Shown: one piece after another, positions 37,808-46,766 of the stretch
Numbering within the stretch: position 1 is the stretch's first letter
Layout: every line of letters starts with the position of its first letter
From: Candidatus Saccharimonadia bacterium
GTDB lineage: Bacteria; Patescibacteriota; Saccharimonadia; UBA4664
Length of the DNA: 64,000 nucleotides
Assembly (NCBI GenBank): GCA_036488585.1
Contig: DASXHH010000009.1
Coordinates: 64,399 to 128,398 of the forward strand
Direction: 5' to 3'
Notes under the pieces: generated by a model
The model's database searches: none
What the model saw: only the letters and a program-made list of their open reading frames with translations
Told to the model about the DNA's origin: nothing
Translations under genes and position numbers: made by a program

Positions 37808-39469
37808 CTAGAGCTGGTCGACGAGGGATTTAACCTTAGCCTGAACTACCTGCCCACTGTCTCGGGAAAGATGACTGACGGGCGGAATTTCCAAGAAAAA
37901 GGTGGAGCCGTGATTGAGCTTGCTTTGGGCCCAAATATGCGCGTTTATTCGATTGGCAAGCTCAAGACAGAGGTAGAGGCCGAGTCCGGTACCGCCAGTT
38001 TCTCGGGTACGATAGTCTTCGGCCCGGAAGAACTTAGTAAAGAGCTTGCTTTGGTTGGCGGCCGAGATGCCAATGCCAGAGTCGGCGATAGAGAAGAGGA
38101 TTCCGCCAGCCGGAGTGGGCCTGACGGTTATGGTCACTCCGCCTTCCTTAGTGTATTTGATGGCGTTAGAGACGAGGTTTTCCATTATTTCGTGAACATG
38201 GTGCTCGGTAGTAAGGACCGTGGGCAGGTCGGGCAAGTACTGCACTTTTAGAACTATGCCCTTGTTGGTAGCGACAGGCAAGAAATCTTTGTAAACTTGC
38301 TCAACCAGGGGTCTAACCTGGAGCGGTTTGATCTCGACGGTGAGGGCGTCGCGCTGGGCTTCGGCCAAAGTGGTAATGTCCTTCACGAGGGCAGCTAAAA
38401 AGATGACATTGCGCTGAGCTTGTTCAGCGAGAGTGACGGCTTCGGGCTTCATGTCCTTCTTGCCGAGCAGCATAGTGGACAAGGCTGCCTCTGCTATACC
38501 TAACGGGGTGCGAAGTTCATGCGAAGCCACAGAAATGAACTCCTGGCGTTGTTCATCCAGGGATTTTTCATTAGTGACGTCTTTTAATAACACGATGTAG
38601 TGATGGGTCGAGTCCTTGAGAGTGTTCGGCGTGATAGTGGCCTCGAGGCCTACCTCGGCACCGCTAGCCGACACGGCCATAAGACCCCGGTGCCGCATGG
38701 TTTTTTCGTCGGAGCGAGCGAGGTTAATCAGGCTGATCGAATCTTTTTTCGGAGAATGCAGCGCGAGAAGCTTATCGATATTTTGCCCGACGATGCTTTG
38801 CTCGGACTGGATAAGATCACCAAAAGCAGCGTTAGCTAGCTGTACTTTGCCGTCGTCATCGAGCAGGACCACCGCATCAGGCATTGAGTTGACGAGCGCA
38901 AGTAGATTGCTGCTTTCAAGCCGGTTTTGCTCAGCCATTTGCGAAAGAAGAACGCGTTCCTGATGCTCGTTGCGGGTGAGCTGTTCCACTATAAAGCCAA
39001 CACCGATGAACAGCCCCAGGCCCACGATCATGGATCTAGTTAGGCCCAGTGTGATTGGAGGGTAGAAAGCTACGGTATTAGTGAGGGTAATTACGGCGAG
39101 CTGAGCGATGAGCGAAATTAACATGCCGCGCAGACGATACCAATAGGTGGCGGCGATGAGAGTGATCACAAAGAGACCGGAATAGACCGTTATAACAGGG
39201 CCGGCAGCAAATAAGAGCAGGCTTACAAAAATATTATCGATAACCAAGGCCGCTGCTTGGGACTCAAAAAACTTTTGATGAGATTTAAGTGTCAGCAGGC
39301 GAAAGCAATAAAAGAGGGTCATACCGACAACAATTGCGAATAGTGCCATCGTCTGAGGTATGTGCCAGGGAATCGTAACGGCCACGAGACAGATAAGGAA
39401 GGGCCTGAATGTCAGCGCGGCCCGTTCGAGCTTATTGCTCTCCTGGTTCTGAGGGATTGTATTTGGCAC
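37808..39469 (-). CDS. Sensor histidine kinase (multi-TM N-terminus, PAS, HisKA, HATPase_c)
   Basis: 553 aa with 5-6 TM helices, a PAS-like region, H-box SVASHELRTPL, N-box NLVSNAIKYT and G-boxes DSGIGI/GGTGLGL. Confidence 0.85.
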   Translation of the reverse strand: MPNTIPQNQESNKLERAALTFRPFLICLVAVTIPWHIPQTMALFAIVVGMTLFYCFRLLTLKSHQKFFESQAAALVIDNIFVSLLLFAAGPVITVYSGLFVITLIAATYWYRLRGMLISLIAQLAVITLTNTVAFYPPITLGLTRSMIVGLGLFIGVGFIVEQLTRNEHQERVLLSQMAEQNRLESSNLLALVNSMPDAVVLLDDDGKVQLANAAFGDLIQSEQSIVGQNIDKLLALHSPKKDSISLINLARSDEKTMRHRGLMAVSASGAEVGLEATITPNTLKDSTHHYIVLLKDVTNEKSLDEQRQEFISVASHELRTPLGIAEAALSTMLLGKKDMKPEAVTLAEQAQRNVIFLAALVKDITTLAEAQRDALTVEIKPLQVRPLVEQVYKDFLPVATNKGIVLKVQYLPDLPTVLTTEHHVHEIMENLVSNAIKYTKEGGVTITVRPTPAGGILFSIADSGIGISAANQSKLFTKFFRAEDYRTRETGGTGLGLYLCLELANRINAHIWAQSKLNHGSTFFLEIPPVSHLSRDSGQVVQAKVKSLVDQL

Positions 39470-39471
39470 GG

Positions 39472-39879
39472 CTAGCCCTCTCGTGTCTCTTTAGCCTGCG
39501 GTAGGGTTAAAAGCTCGCGGAGCTTCGCGACCATATCAGCTAGCGATATCTCGGATTTGACCTCATAGTCATCGGCGCCGAAGATGGCGGCGCGCTTACG
39601 ATCGTCTAGATCGCCGAGGGCCGAAAACACCAGGACCCGGATTTTGCTGGTGGCGGGGGTGCGGCGGATGAGCTTTAACACGTCGAAGCCCGACATCTTC
39701 GGTAGCATGAGATCGAGTAGAACTAGGTCGGGTTTAAATTCGAGGATGCCTTCCAGCGCATGCTCGCCATCGGAGACAACGCTGATCTCGAAGCCTTCCA
39801 TTTCCAGGCGCATTCTGTACAGATCAGCTAGAACTTCGTCGTCGTCTACTATGAGAATTTTAGGCTTGGATTTACTCAT
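39472..39879 (-). CDS. Response regulator, receiver domain only (CheY-like)
   Basis: 135 aa REC with ILIVDDDE and the phospho-acceptor Asp in LVLLDLMLP. It lies 2 nt upstream of the HK gene. Confidence 0.8.
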   Translation of the reverse strand: MSKSKPKILIVDDDEVLADLYRMRLEMEGFEISVVSDGEHALEGILEFKPDLVLLDLMLPKMSGFDVLKLIRRTPATSKIRVLVFSALGDLDDRKRAAIFGADDYEVKSEISLADMVAKLRELLTLPQAKETREG

Positions 39880-40682
39880 ACTGTATTGGAGGAGGCCAGC
39901 TTAGCGGGTGTCCTTTCGGGTGCCACTAAGGCGCTCTGGACTCGATAGGCAATACCGACAGCGATGAGTAACGTGCCCACAATATAGATGGCGTCGGCCG
40001 CGGCGTAGGCGCCGGCCGAGCGGGCTAGATCGTGCATCGGGCCGCCGATAATTATGATTAGAAATCCGGCCGCCAACAGAACTGACTTAGTGCGCTTGGC
40101 AAGACTGCCCTTGGCTGCGTTAATTGCGAATAAGATAGCGGCCGGCAGCAGCGAAAGCAGACAGGCTACTACGATGCCCACCCCGACGATGGGGGCGGCT
40201 CGGAATTCAGTGATATCGAGGGTCGTGTTATAGACCGGTTGGACTCCCCAGATCATGGTCTTGGCGTTCACAATGGTGATGGCGATGGTGAATAAGATCC
40301 AGACCACCGTTAAAATGCGTCCCTTACCAGCGAGCTGAGGAACAATTGAGATAACCATTAAAGAGATGCGAATGCAGGCAAGGTAAAGGAAAATGTGGCC
40401 AACCACATACCCCCAGGCCATAGCGGTGGAAAAAGCGGAGGGCCCAACATGCAGCCAATAAATGGGTAGCGACATGCCCGCGGTGAAGAGGGTCATGAAC
40501 AGGAAGAAGCTGCGCAAATAGGCCAGAGATTGATTGGGAGCTGTGTTGGCCTGGCGGATTCTCTGGCCTAGATAGAGCCAAGCCGCGAACGATATTAGAC
40601 AGCCAAGCGAAGTTGTAAGTCCTGTGAGTGGGATGGAAGGAACCATAACCATAATATATAGTGGTTTGTCTATGATTTCCAT
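39876..40682 (-). CDS. Seven-TM integral membrane protein (putative sensory/accessory component of the two-component operon)
   Basis: 268 aa with about 7 predicted TM helices. It overlaps the RR gene start (ATGA). No retinal-binding Lys or known family recognised. Confidence 0.4.
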   Translation of the reverse strand: MEIIDKPLYIMVMVPSIPLTGLTTSLGCLISFAAWLYLGQRIRQANTAPNQSLAYLRSFFLFMTLFTAGMSLPIYWLHVGPSAFSTAMAWGYVVGHIFLYLACIRISLMVISIVPQLAGKGRILTVVWILFTIAITIVNAKTMIWGVQPVYNTTLDITEFRAAPIVGVGIVVACLLSLLPAAILFAINAAKGSLAKRTKSVLLAAGFLIIIIGGPMHDLARSAGAYAAADAIYIVGTLLIAVGIAYRVQSALVAPERTPAKLASSNTV

Positions 40683-40808
40683 CCAAATCAGTTAGAAAAT
40701 CTAGTTTATTCGGTGAGCGAGGCCCGAGGAGGCCTCGATCTGAATGGTGGACTAGTTAACATCCGAGCACATGCCAGCCCCTGTCCCTGGTTAAGGAAGT
40801 ACATATCG

Positions 40809-41537
40809 ATGGCATCTTGGATTGCCTATACGCTTACGCTTTGCGATAATAAATCCATATTGTTTACGATGCGATTTATGAACTACACCAGCCGGGTCAG
40901 TCTCGGTAACACGTTGGCGCAAAGACTCAAGGAGTTCCGGGGAAAGGGCGCTATCGTTGTTTGCCTGGAAGAGAGCTCGCTGTTGACCTGCTTGACCATA
41001 GCCAGCCAGATTCATGCGTATGTCTATCCCCTCTTGTTCGAGCCGATCTACAGCCAAGACAGTATGCATCAGCCCCTGGGCGCCTACGATCAGGATGGTG
41101 AGCTTTGCCCAATTCCCGGCACGCACGTATCGGAGAGCGATCTGACTCCGGAGATGCGATCGATGCTTAAGCACTTACATGGCCCGGCCGTTGAGACGGT
41201 GATGAACGAAAAGCAGAAGTTTGGCATGGAGCTAGACAAATCGACACTCAACGGACGGGATGTAATTTTGGCGGTCGATATTCTAACGAGCGTTATACCA
41301 GTAATAGTGGCGCGCAAGCTGTTGAGCGAAATAGCACCCAAGAGCGTAACGGCTGTGGCAGGTAACGCCACCCTGGAGACTGCCCAGCTCCTGCGACTGA
41401 CCGCCGCGCGCACCGAGATTCTGGACGTCATAAGCGGCATAACCTTTGATCCAAACCATTATTTCGAAGATAGGGACGGCTATTCGACAGACCAACAGCA
41501 CACTTTAACGCGTAACATCGCCAGCTACTGGCAGTAA
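40809..41537 (+). CDS. Phosphoribosyltransferase-like protein (COG1926-type) with degenerate PRPP-binding motif
   Basis: Start at ATG 40809 with AAGGAAG 9 nt upstream. Layout GKGAIVVCLEESSLL...GRDVILAVDILTSVIPVIVA...FDPNHYFEDRDGYSTDQQHTL parallels predicted PRTases, but VDILTSVIP replaces the canonical VDDGIATGAT. Lies 10 nt upstream of the MoxR gene. Confidence 0.4.
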   Translation: MASWIAYTLTLCDNKSILFTMRFMNYTSRVSLGNTLAQRLKEFRGKGAIVVCLEESSLLTCLTIASQIHAYVYPLLFEPIYSQDSMHQPLGAYDQDGELCPIPGTHVSESDLTPEMRSMLKHLHGPAVETVMNEKQKFGMELDKSTLNGRDVILAVDILTSVIPVIVARKLLSEIAPKSVTAVAGNATLETAQLLRLTAARTEILDVISGITFDPNHYFEDRDGYSTDQQHTLTRNIASYWQ

Positions 41538-41547
41538 TGAAGGAGTA

Positions 41548-42630
41548 GTGATGCCAGAATCCCCAAACTTGCAATCACTGGCGGGTTCAATGCCAGTAAA
41601 ACAGGCGGCCGTGCGCGGCCAGCGGAGCTTTTCGCCCCAAAATCCGGCTATCCCGGATTCGGATCTGGCGCGGGCCCAGCGCTTACTGGATACGGTCGCG
41701 GGGCTGTTTAGGACCAAGGTGGTCGGCCAGGAAAGCTTGCTTTTAAATCTGCTAGTGGCGTTGTTGGCCAACGGTCACATTTTGCTAGAAAGTGTGCCAG
41801 GGCTGGCCAAGACTACCGGCGCACAGACCCTAGCCGACGCCACGAAGGCGAGCTTTCGGCGCATCCAGTGTACCCCGGACCTGTTGCCGAGCGACATTAT
41901 TGGTTCCCAGATTTTTAACTACTCGAAGGGCACTTTCGAGACTCAGCTGGGACCGGTGCACGCCAACTTCGTGCTGCTGGATGAGATTAACCGGTCGAGC
42001 GCAAAAACGCAGAGCGCCATGCTTGAGGCTATGCAGGAGCGGCAGACGACCATTGGTGGCCAGGTATTCAAATTGCCTCAGCCTTTCGTGGTGCTCGCGA
42101 CCCAGAACCCAATTGAGCAGGAAGGCACCTACGAACTGCCGGAAGCCCAGCTCGACCGTTTTCTCCTGAAAGAGATTCTGACCTACCCCAAGCCAGTCGA
42201 GGAAGTAGAGGTGCTCAACCGCATTGAATCCGGGGTGTTCGATACAAAGTTGGACGCCTCCCGCTCCATCGACGTGCCCGACGTAGTGTACTTGCAGCAG
42301 CTCGTGAAGAAGGTGTACGTCGACGAGTCTATCAAGCAGTACATTGTGAACATTGTTTCCAGTACCAGGTACCCGGCCAAGGTGATTGCACCCGATCTGG
42401 CCCGGTACGTAGAGAACGGCGCGAGCCCGCGTGGAAGCATCACGCTGATGCAGGTGGCCCGGGGCTTGGCATTGATTAAGGGCCGTGATTACGTGACGCC
42501 GGATGATGTGAAGCAGATGCGATACAGCGCCCTCAGGCATCGCATAATCCTTAACTTCGAGGCGGTCGCGGACAACGTGCACCAAGAGGCGGTGATTGAC
42601 GCAATTTTTGCGGCGGTACTAGCGCCGTAA
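41548..42630 (+). CDS. MoxR family AAA+ ATPase
   Basis: 360 aa with Walker A ESVPGLAKTT, Walker B FVLLDEINR, sensor 2 and the MoxR C-terminal lid. GAAGGAG Shine-Dalgarno. Confidence 0.85.
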   Translation: MMPESPNLQSLAGSMPVKQAAVRGQRSFSPQNPAIPDSDLARAQRLLDTVAGLFRTKVVGQESLLLNLLVALLANGHILLESVPGLAKTTGAQTLADATKASFRRIQCTPDLLPSDIIGSQIFNYSKGTFETQLGPVHANFVLLDEINRSSAKTQSAMLEAMQERQTTIGGQVFKLPQPFVVLATQNPIEQEGTYELPEAQLDRFLLKEILTYPKPVEEVEVLNRIESGVFDTKLDASRSIDVPDVVYLQQLVKKVYVDESIKQYIVNIVSSTRYPAKVIAPDLARYVENGASPRGSITLMQVARGLALIKGRDYVTPDDVKQMRYSALRHRIILNFEAVADNVHQEAVIDAIFAAVLAP

Positions 42631-42642
42631 CCGGGAGTATCT

Positions 42643-43530
42643 ATGGCAAGTTTGCTGGTAAAAGTTCGCCGCAAGATGTCCATAATCTCCCACCGCAAGG
42701 TTAGGAGTGCCCTTGAGGGCGAGTACTCTTCGGTGTTTAAGGGCCGGAGTATGGACTTTGAAGACTTGCGCGAATACATCCCGGGAGACGATGTAAAAGA
42801 CATCGAATGGCGGGCCACCGCTCGCTCGGGACAGGTACGTATTAAGAGGTACGTAGCCGTTCGAAAGCACAACATCATGCTGGTGGTGGACACCGGCCGC
42901 TCGATGGCCGCGACGGCACCGAGCGGTGAGATCAAGCGCGATATTGCCGTGATGGCGGCCGGGGTGATTGCTACAGTGGCGCAGAAGCACGAGGATGTGA
43001 TCGGGCTGACCGCCGGCAATAGCAAAACCATTTACCACATGCCGCTTAAGGGCAGCCGGCCGCATATTGAGCGAATGCTCCAGTATATAAATTCGCATAT
43101 TACGACAGACGGGCCGCCTAGTGACCTCACCGCACTGCTCGACTACGTGAAGCGCACCAACCGGCGGCGTATGCTGCTGATTATTATTAGCGACAACCTG
43201 CAGTTTGCATCGGCTCAAGAACAGCTGCTGCGGCGGTTGGCGGCTCAACACGAGCTTCTGGTGATTACTATTGATGACCTGGACCCGAGCGATGATGCGT
43301 GGAAGGAGCGTAACCTTTTCGACGTCGACACGCCGGTGCCGCTGCCATCGTTTGTGCGCCGGCAAAAAGCGGTGGAGGCGGCGTTCCAGGCGCGGGTGCG
43401 GAGCGAATGGCAGAGTGGCAGCCACACGCTGGAGCGAGTTCGGATCAGCAGCGTCAGGATTGATAGCGAAGATACTGTGATCAACCAAATTGTGCGGCTA
43501 CTGGAGGAGCATAGGCGTGCTCGTCGCTGA
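42643..43530 (+). CDS. DUF58 domain protein (MoxR-partner, VWA-like)
   Basis: 295 aa. The conserved DUF58 protein that follows MoxR in Bat-type operons, with motif ...FEDLREYIPGDDVKDIEWRATAR. Confidence 0.75.
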   Translation: MASLLVKVRRKMSIISHRKVRSALEGEYSSVFKGRSMDFEDLREYIPGDDVKDIEWRATARSGQVRIKRYVAVRKHNIMLVVDTGRSMAATAPSGEIKRDIAVMAAGVIATVAQKHEDVIGLTAGNSKTIYHMPLKGSRPHIERMLQYINSHITTDGPPSDLTALLDYVKRTNRRRMLLIIISDNLQFASAQEQLLRRLAAQHELLVITIDDLDPSDDAWKERNLFDVDTPVPLPSFVRRQKAVEAAFQARVRSEWQSGSHTLERVRISSVRIDSEDTVINQIVRLLEEHRRARR

Positions 43531-43993
43531 TATCCTCAACCCGCCCATTCAATACGACATCATCTGGTTTATCATCGGTACGCTGGTATTCCTGACAATT
43601 CTAATATGGTACGGCTTGGTGTTTTGGCTAACCCGGCATCAGACGATTCAATCACTCGATAGCTTGAAGCAGCTGCCCGTAGGTGGCGAGATGGAGCGGC
43701 TAAAAACGAAGTACCTCAAACTAATTGAACAAGCGTACCAACGCTATCTAACTCGAGAATACAAACTGCGCGACTTGCATAGAACTTTGAGCATGATCAC
43801 GCGTACCTTTGTGCTGGAGGCCAAGCATTTCCCGGCTCCATACCTGACGCTGGGAGACCTGGTGTTGTCGCCTTACCCGAATCTGACTCGACTGATTAAG
43901 GCCTACTATCCTGAAGAGTTCGCACTGATTACGCATGCCGAGGCCGAGATATCAGTTCAGCAGGCAAAGGATTTCGTAAACCAATGGGTCTGA
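43517..43993 (+). CDS. Small two-TM membrane protein of the Bat-like operon
   Basis: GTG at 43517 with GGAGGA 8 nt upstream; the ORF track has 43490. Two TM helices and a helical tail. Position matches the DUF4381-type slot in Bat operons. Confidence 0.35.
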   Translation: MLVADILNPPIQYDIIWFIIGTLVFLTILIWYGLVFWLTRHQTIQSLDSLKQLPVGGEMERLKTKYLKLIEQAYQRYLTREYKLRDLHRTLSMITRTFVLEAKHFPAPYLTLGDLVLSPYPNLTRLIKAYYPEEFALITHAEAEISVQQAKDFVNQWV

Positions 43994-44985
43994 TCTTCTG
44001 GTGGATGCTGGTGATTTGGGTTGTCGGCATCGCGGCCTACTGGCTGATACGCTACCTGCTGCATGCCCGCCGAAAACGCGAAGACGAGAGCCAGTATGTT
44101 CCGGTGGCACATAGTAACCGGCTGACCCAACTGCAGGAATACGTCGTAGCGCTAAAGCTGTACCGGCGCTTTACGACCGCGATTGTAGTGTTACTGACCA
44201 CCTGCTTATTGTCGGCCATAGTACTAACGGCGCGGCCGGCGACGATATCGGTGATTAAGCCCGCACAACAGAATCGCGACATCATGCTCTGCCTGGATGA
44301 CTCGGGGTCGGTGCTGCGCGAAGACACGACGCTACTTGATCGCTACAGCACATTGGTGAGCAGTTTTAGCGGCCAGCGTTTTGGACTGACCCTGTTCGAT
44401 AGTTCGGCGGTGACCATCATTCCGCTAAACGATAACTACCAGCTGATTACGCAGCGGCTAAAGGTGGCAGCCCAAGCATTTCAGGCTCAAAAAGGGGCCA
44501 CTTTTACCCAGCTAACGAACGGAACCCTGGCCGGGTTTACTGAAGGCACCTCGCTGGTGAGCGACGGGTTGGCATCTTGCATTCTCCATATGGGAACCAA
44601 CATCCAGAACCGGTCGCAATCGATAATTCTGGCCACCGACAATGAGGTTAACGGCAAGCCGGTTGTGGGGGTGGCACAGGCGATTGTGATGGCTAAGCAG
44701 CGCAATATTCATGTGTTCGCGATTGATCCCGGGGTGGCCGACTCGAAACTGTCGGCGGATCACGCTCAGCTTCAGGTGATCGCAAAGGAGACCGGTGGCA
44801 ACTACTACACGCTTGATAGTCCCAGCACGGTTGACGGCATTATTACGGCCATCCGGGCGCAGCAGGCGGCCAATTACGTAGGCGTGCCGCAGCTGGCCAC
44901 GAATGACAACCCGGCGCCGTTTATTTACCTGGCCGCATTGCTGGCGATGGCGTCGATCGCGCTCTTGTGGAGGCTGGAATTATGA
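43984..44985 (+). CDS. VWA domain protein (BatA-like)
   Basis: 333 aa with N-terminal TM helices and MIDAS motif DIMLCLDDSGSV. Confidence 0.7.
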   Translation: MGLIFWWMLVIWVVGIAAYWLIRYLLHARRKREDESQYVPVAHSNRLTQLQEYVVALKLYRRFTTAIVVLLTTCLLSAIVLTARPATISVIKPAQQNRDIMLCLDDSGSVLREDTTLLDRYSTLVSSFSGQRFGLTLFDSSAVTIIPLNDNYQLITQRLKVAAQAFQAQKGATFTQLTNGTLAGFTEGTSLVSDGLASCILHMGTNIQNRSQSIILATDNEVNGKPVVGVAQAIVMAKQRNIHVFAIDPGVADSKLSADHAQLQVIAKETGGNYYTLDSPSTVDGIITAIRAQQAANYVGVPQLATNDNPAPFIYLAALLAMASIALLWRLEL

Positions 44986-45998
44986 AACTACAACCAGTTA
45001 TATCCTGGTGGCTGCTGGTGCCCTACCTGATAGCCGTAATGGCTGCGGGCGGGTGGCAGATACTGAAGGTGCGCAAGCAAGAACGCAGGGTCGTGCTGAG
45101 GTGGGTGCGCCGAGCAAGCTTGTTGCTACTGCCGGGACTATTAGCCCTGGGGCCGAGCATTCCTGGCGGCACCTCCAGCCCGGGGGTAGCCAACCTGGAC
45201 GTGATATTTGCAGTCGACACCACGCCGAGTATGGCGGCACTCGATTACCATGGAACTGGGCAACGGTTAGATGGAGCAAAGGCCGACTTGTTGGCGCTAG
45301 TGGACAAAATGCAAGGCGCGCACATAGAAATCATCACGTTTGATTCGAACGCCAATATTATCCTGCCATTTACGAGCGATCTAACTGCCCTATCGTCGGC
45401 GGTGCAGGGTATGATTCCGGAGGTTAGTAGCTACTCGCAGGGCAGCGCCATCGATGAGCCCAAGGATCTCATTGTTCAGGAGCTCAAGAACAGCAAGACG
45501 GCCTTCCCACAGCACAAACGGCTGCTGTATTACCTGGGTGACGGAGAGCAGACGGTGAGCGCCGCCGTGCAATCGTTTGCCCCCATTGCTCCCTACCTAA
45601 ACGGCGGGGCGGTGCTCGGCTACGGCACCACTGTGGGGGCCCAGATGCTCGACTACACCGGAGACAGCACCCAGGCCACTACCTACATCCAGACCGCGGG
45701 CCCATCCAGCCAGCTGACCCCGGCCGTTTCGAAGATGGATCCCACGACACTCACGAATTTTGCGAGCCAGATGCAGGTAGCGTACCAGAACCGCAACGCG
45801 GGTGGCGCGGTAGATAGCGTATACAAAGCCAGCAAGGCTCAAATCGCCGTCGACAACAGCCAGCACCTAATTCGATACCTCAGCTTGTACTGGCTGCTGG
45901 CTATCCCGTTTGCGGGGTTGGTGTTTTGGGAATGGAAAGCCGTGGTGATTAAGTTCTTGGATTTGCGGCAATACCGAGAAGGAGCAAAGCGTGGCTGA
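44967..45998 (+). CDS. VWA domain protein (BatB-like)
   Basis: 343 aa with N-terminal TM, MIDAS variant IFAVDTTPSM and a C-terminal TM. Confidence 0.7.
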   Translation: MEAGIMKLQPVISWWLLVPYLIAVMAAGGWQILKVRKQERRVVLRWVRRASLLLLPGLLALGPSIPGGTSSPGVANLDVIFAVDTTPSMAALDYHGTGQRLDGAKADLLALVDKMQGAHIEIITFDSNANIILPFTSDLTALSSAVQGMIPEVSSYSQGSAIDEPKDLIVQELKNSKTAFPQHKRLLYYLGDGEQTVSAAVQSFAPIAPYLNGGAVLGYGTTVGAQMLDYTGDSTQATTYIQTAGPSSQLTPAVSKMDPTTLTNFASQMQVAYQNRNAGGAVDSVYKASKAQIAVDNSQHLIRYLSLYWLLAIPFAGLVFWEWKAVVIKFLDLRQYREGAKRG

Positions 45999-46734
45999 CC
46001 GCGGTATAAGACGCTTGCTGAAGGTGAACGCGGCGATGTTTGCCCGGCGGCCGCCTGCGATCATGGTTGGACCCAACTTCCAGCCGTTCGCGTTTTCGCA
46101 GATTGAATACGATACCGAGCGCAAGAAGAAGCGGCGAAAGTTGCTCTTTTGGTCGCTGCCAGCGGTTTTCATCGTGCTACTGGTAGCCTTGTATTTCTTG
46201 CTGCCCACGCCGCTAACTTCCGAAGCGATTCAGAATTATAACCATAAAAATTACCCCTACTCCAGGATCTGGCTAACGCCGCTAACCTGGGCGAGCCCCC
46301 AGCAGTTCGTGATTGCGTTTAACAGTGGGACGGTGGATACGCAGCTTGGCAGTTACACGCTGGCCCAAGGTGAGCTGCTGCGAGCCCTGCAACTGGCCAC
46401 GCCGGCTCAACGCTGTATGGTCCTGCAAAACCTGGTCTACTCCTTTGACGCGCACGCCAACCTGCTCTTCCGCCAGGGACAAAACCAAAGTGCTACCGAT
46501 TTGACATCGGAGGTAGCCACGATTAAGCAAGCCAACCCAAAGTGTTTCCTCCAGCCTAAAGGTGGGGGCGGTGGAGGTGGCGGCGGCAACAAGCAGAACA
46601 AGCCAGCGGATCTTTTGACGGCCGCTCAGGAGGTACAACTTCAGCAAAAGAACCAGGCCGGCGATCAAATGGAGCAGCAAGATTTTCAGCAAAATAGCGT
46701 TAACCCCAATAGCCCCAATATAAAGCCATGGTAA
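45991..46734 (+). CDS. Membrane protein with poly-Gly tract and Gln-rich tail
   Basis: 247 aa with one TM and KGGGGGGGGNKQNK, then a Q/N-rich C-terminus. It overlaps the upstream VWA gene. Family unknown (BatD/E-slot). Confidence 0.4.
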   Translation: MADRGIRRLLKVNAAMFARRPPAIMVGPNFQPFAFSQIEYDTERKKKRRKLLFWSLPAVFIVLLVALYFLLPTPLTSEAIQNYNHKNYPYSRIWLTPLTWASPQQFVIAFNSGTVDTQLGSYTLAQGELLRALQLATPAQRCMVLQNLVYSFDAHANLLFRQGQNQSATDLTSEVATIKQANPKCFLQPKGGGGGGGGGNKQNKPADLLTAAQEVQLQQKNQAGDQMEQQDFQQNSVNPNSPNIKPW

Positions 46735-46766
46735 ACACAAGCATTATCGCGGTAGGATACTAAGCA

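Noticed and set aside
41830-43488. 251-aa and 289-aa minus-strand ORFs antisense to MoxR and DUF58
   Set aside because: The sense-strand genes have Walker motifs and strong Shine-Dalgarno sites. The antisense ORFs lack motifs.
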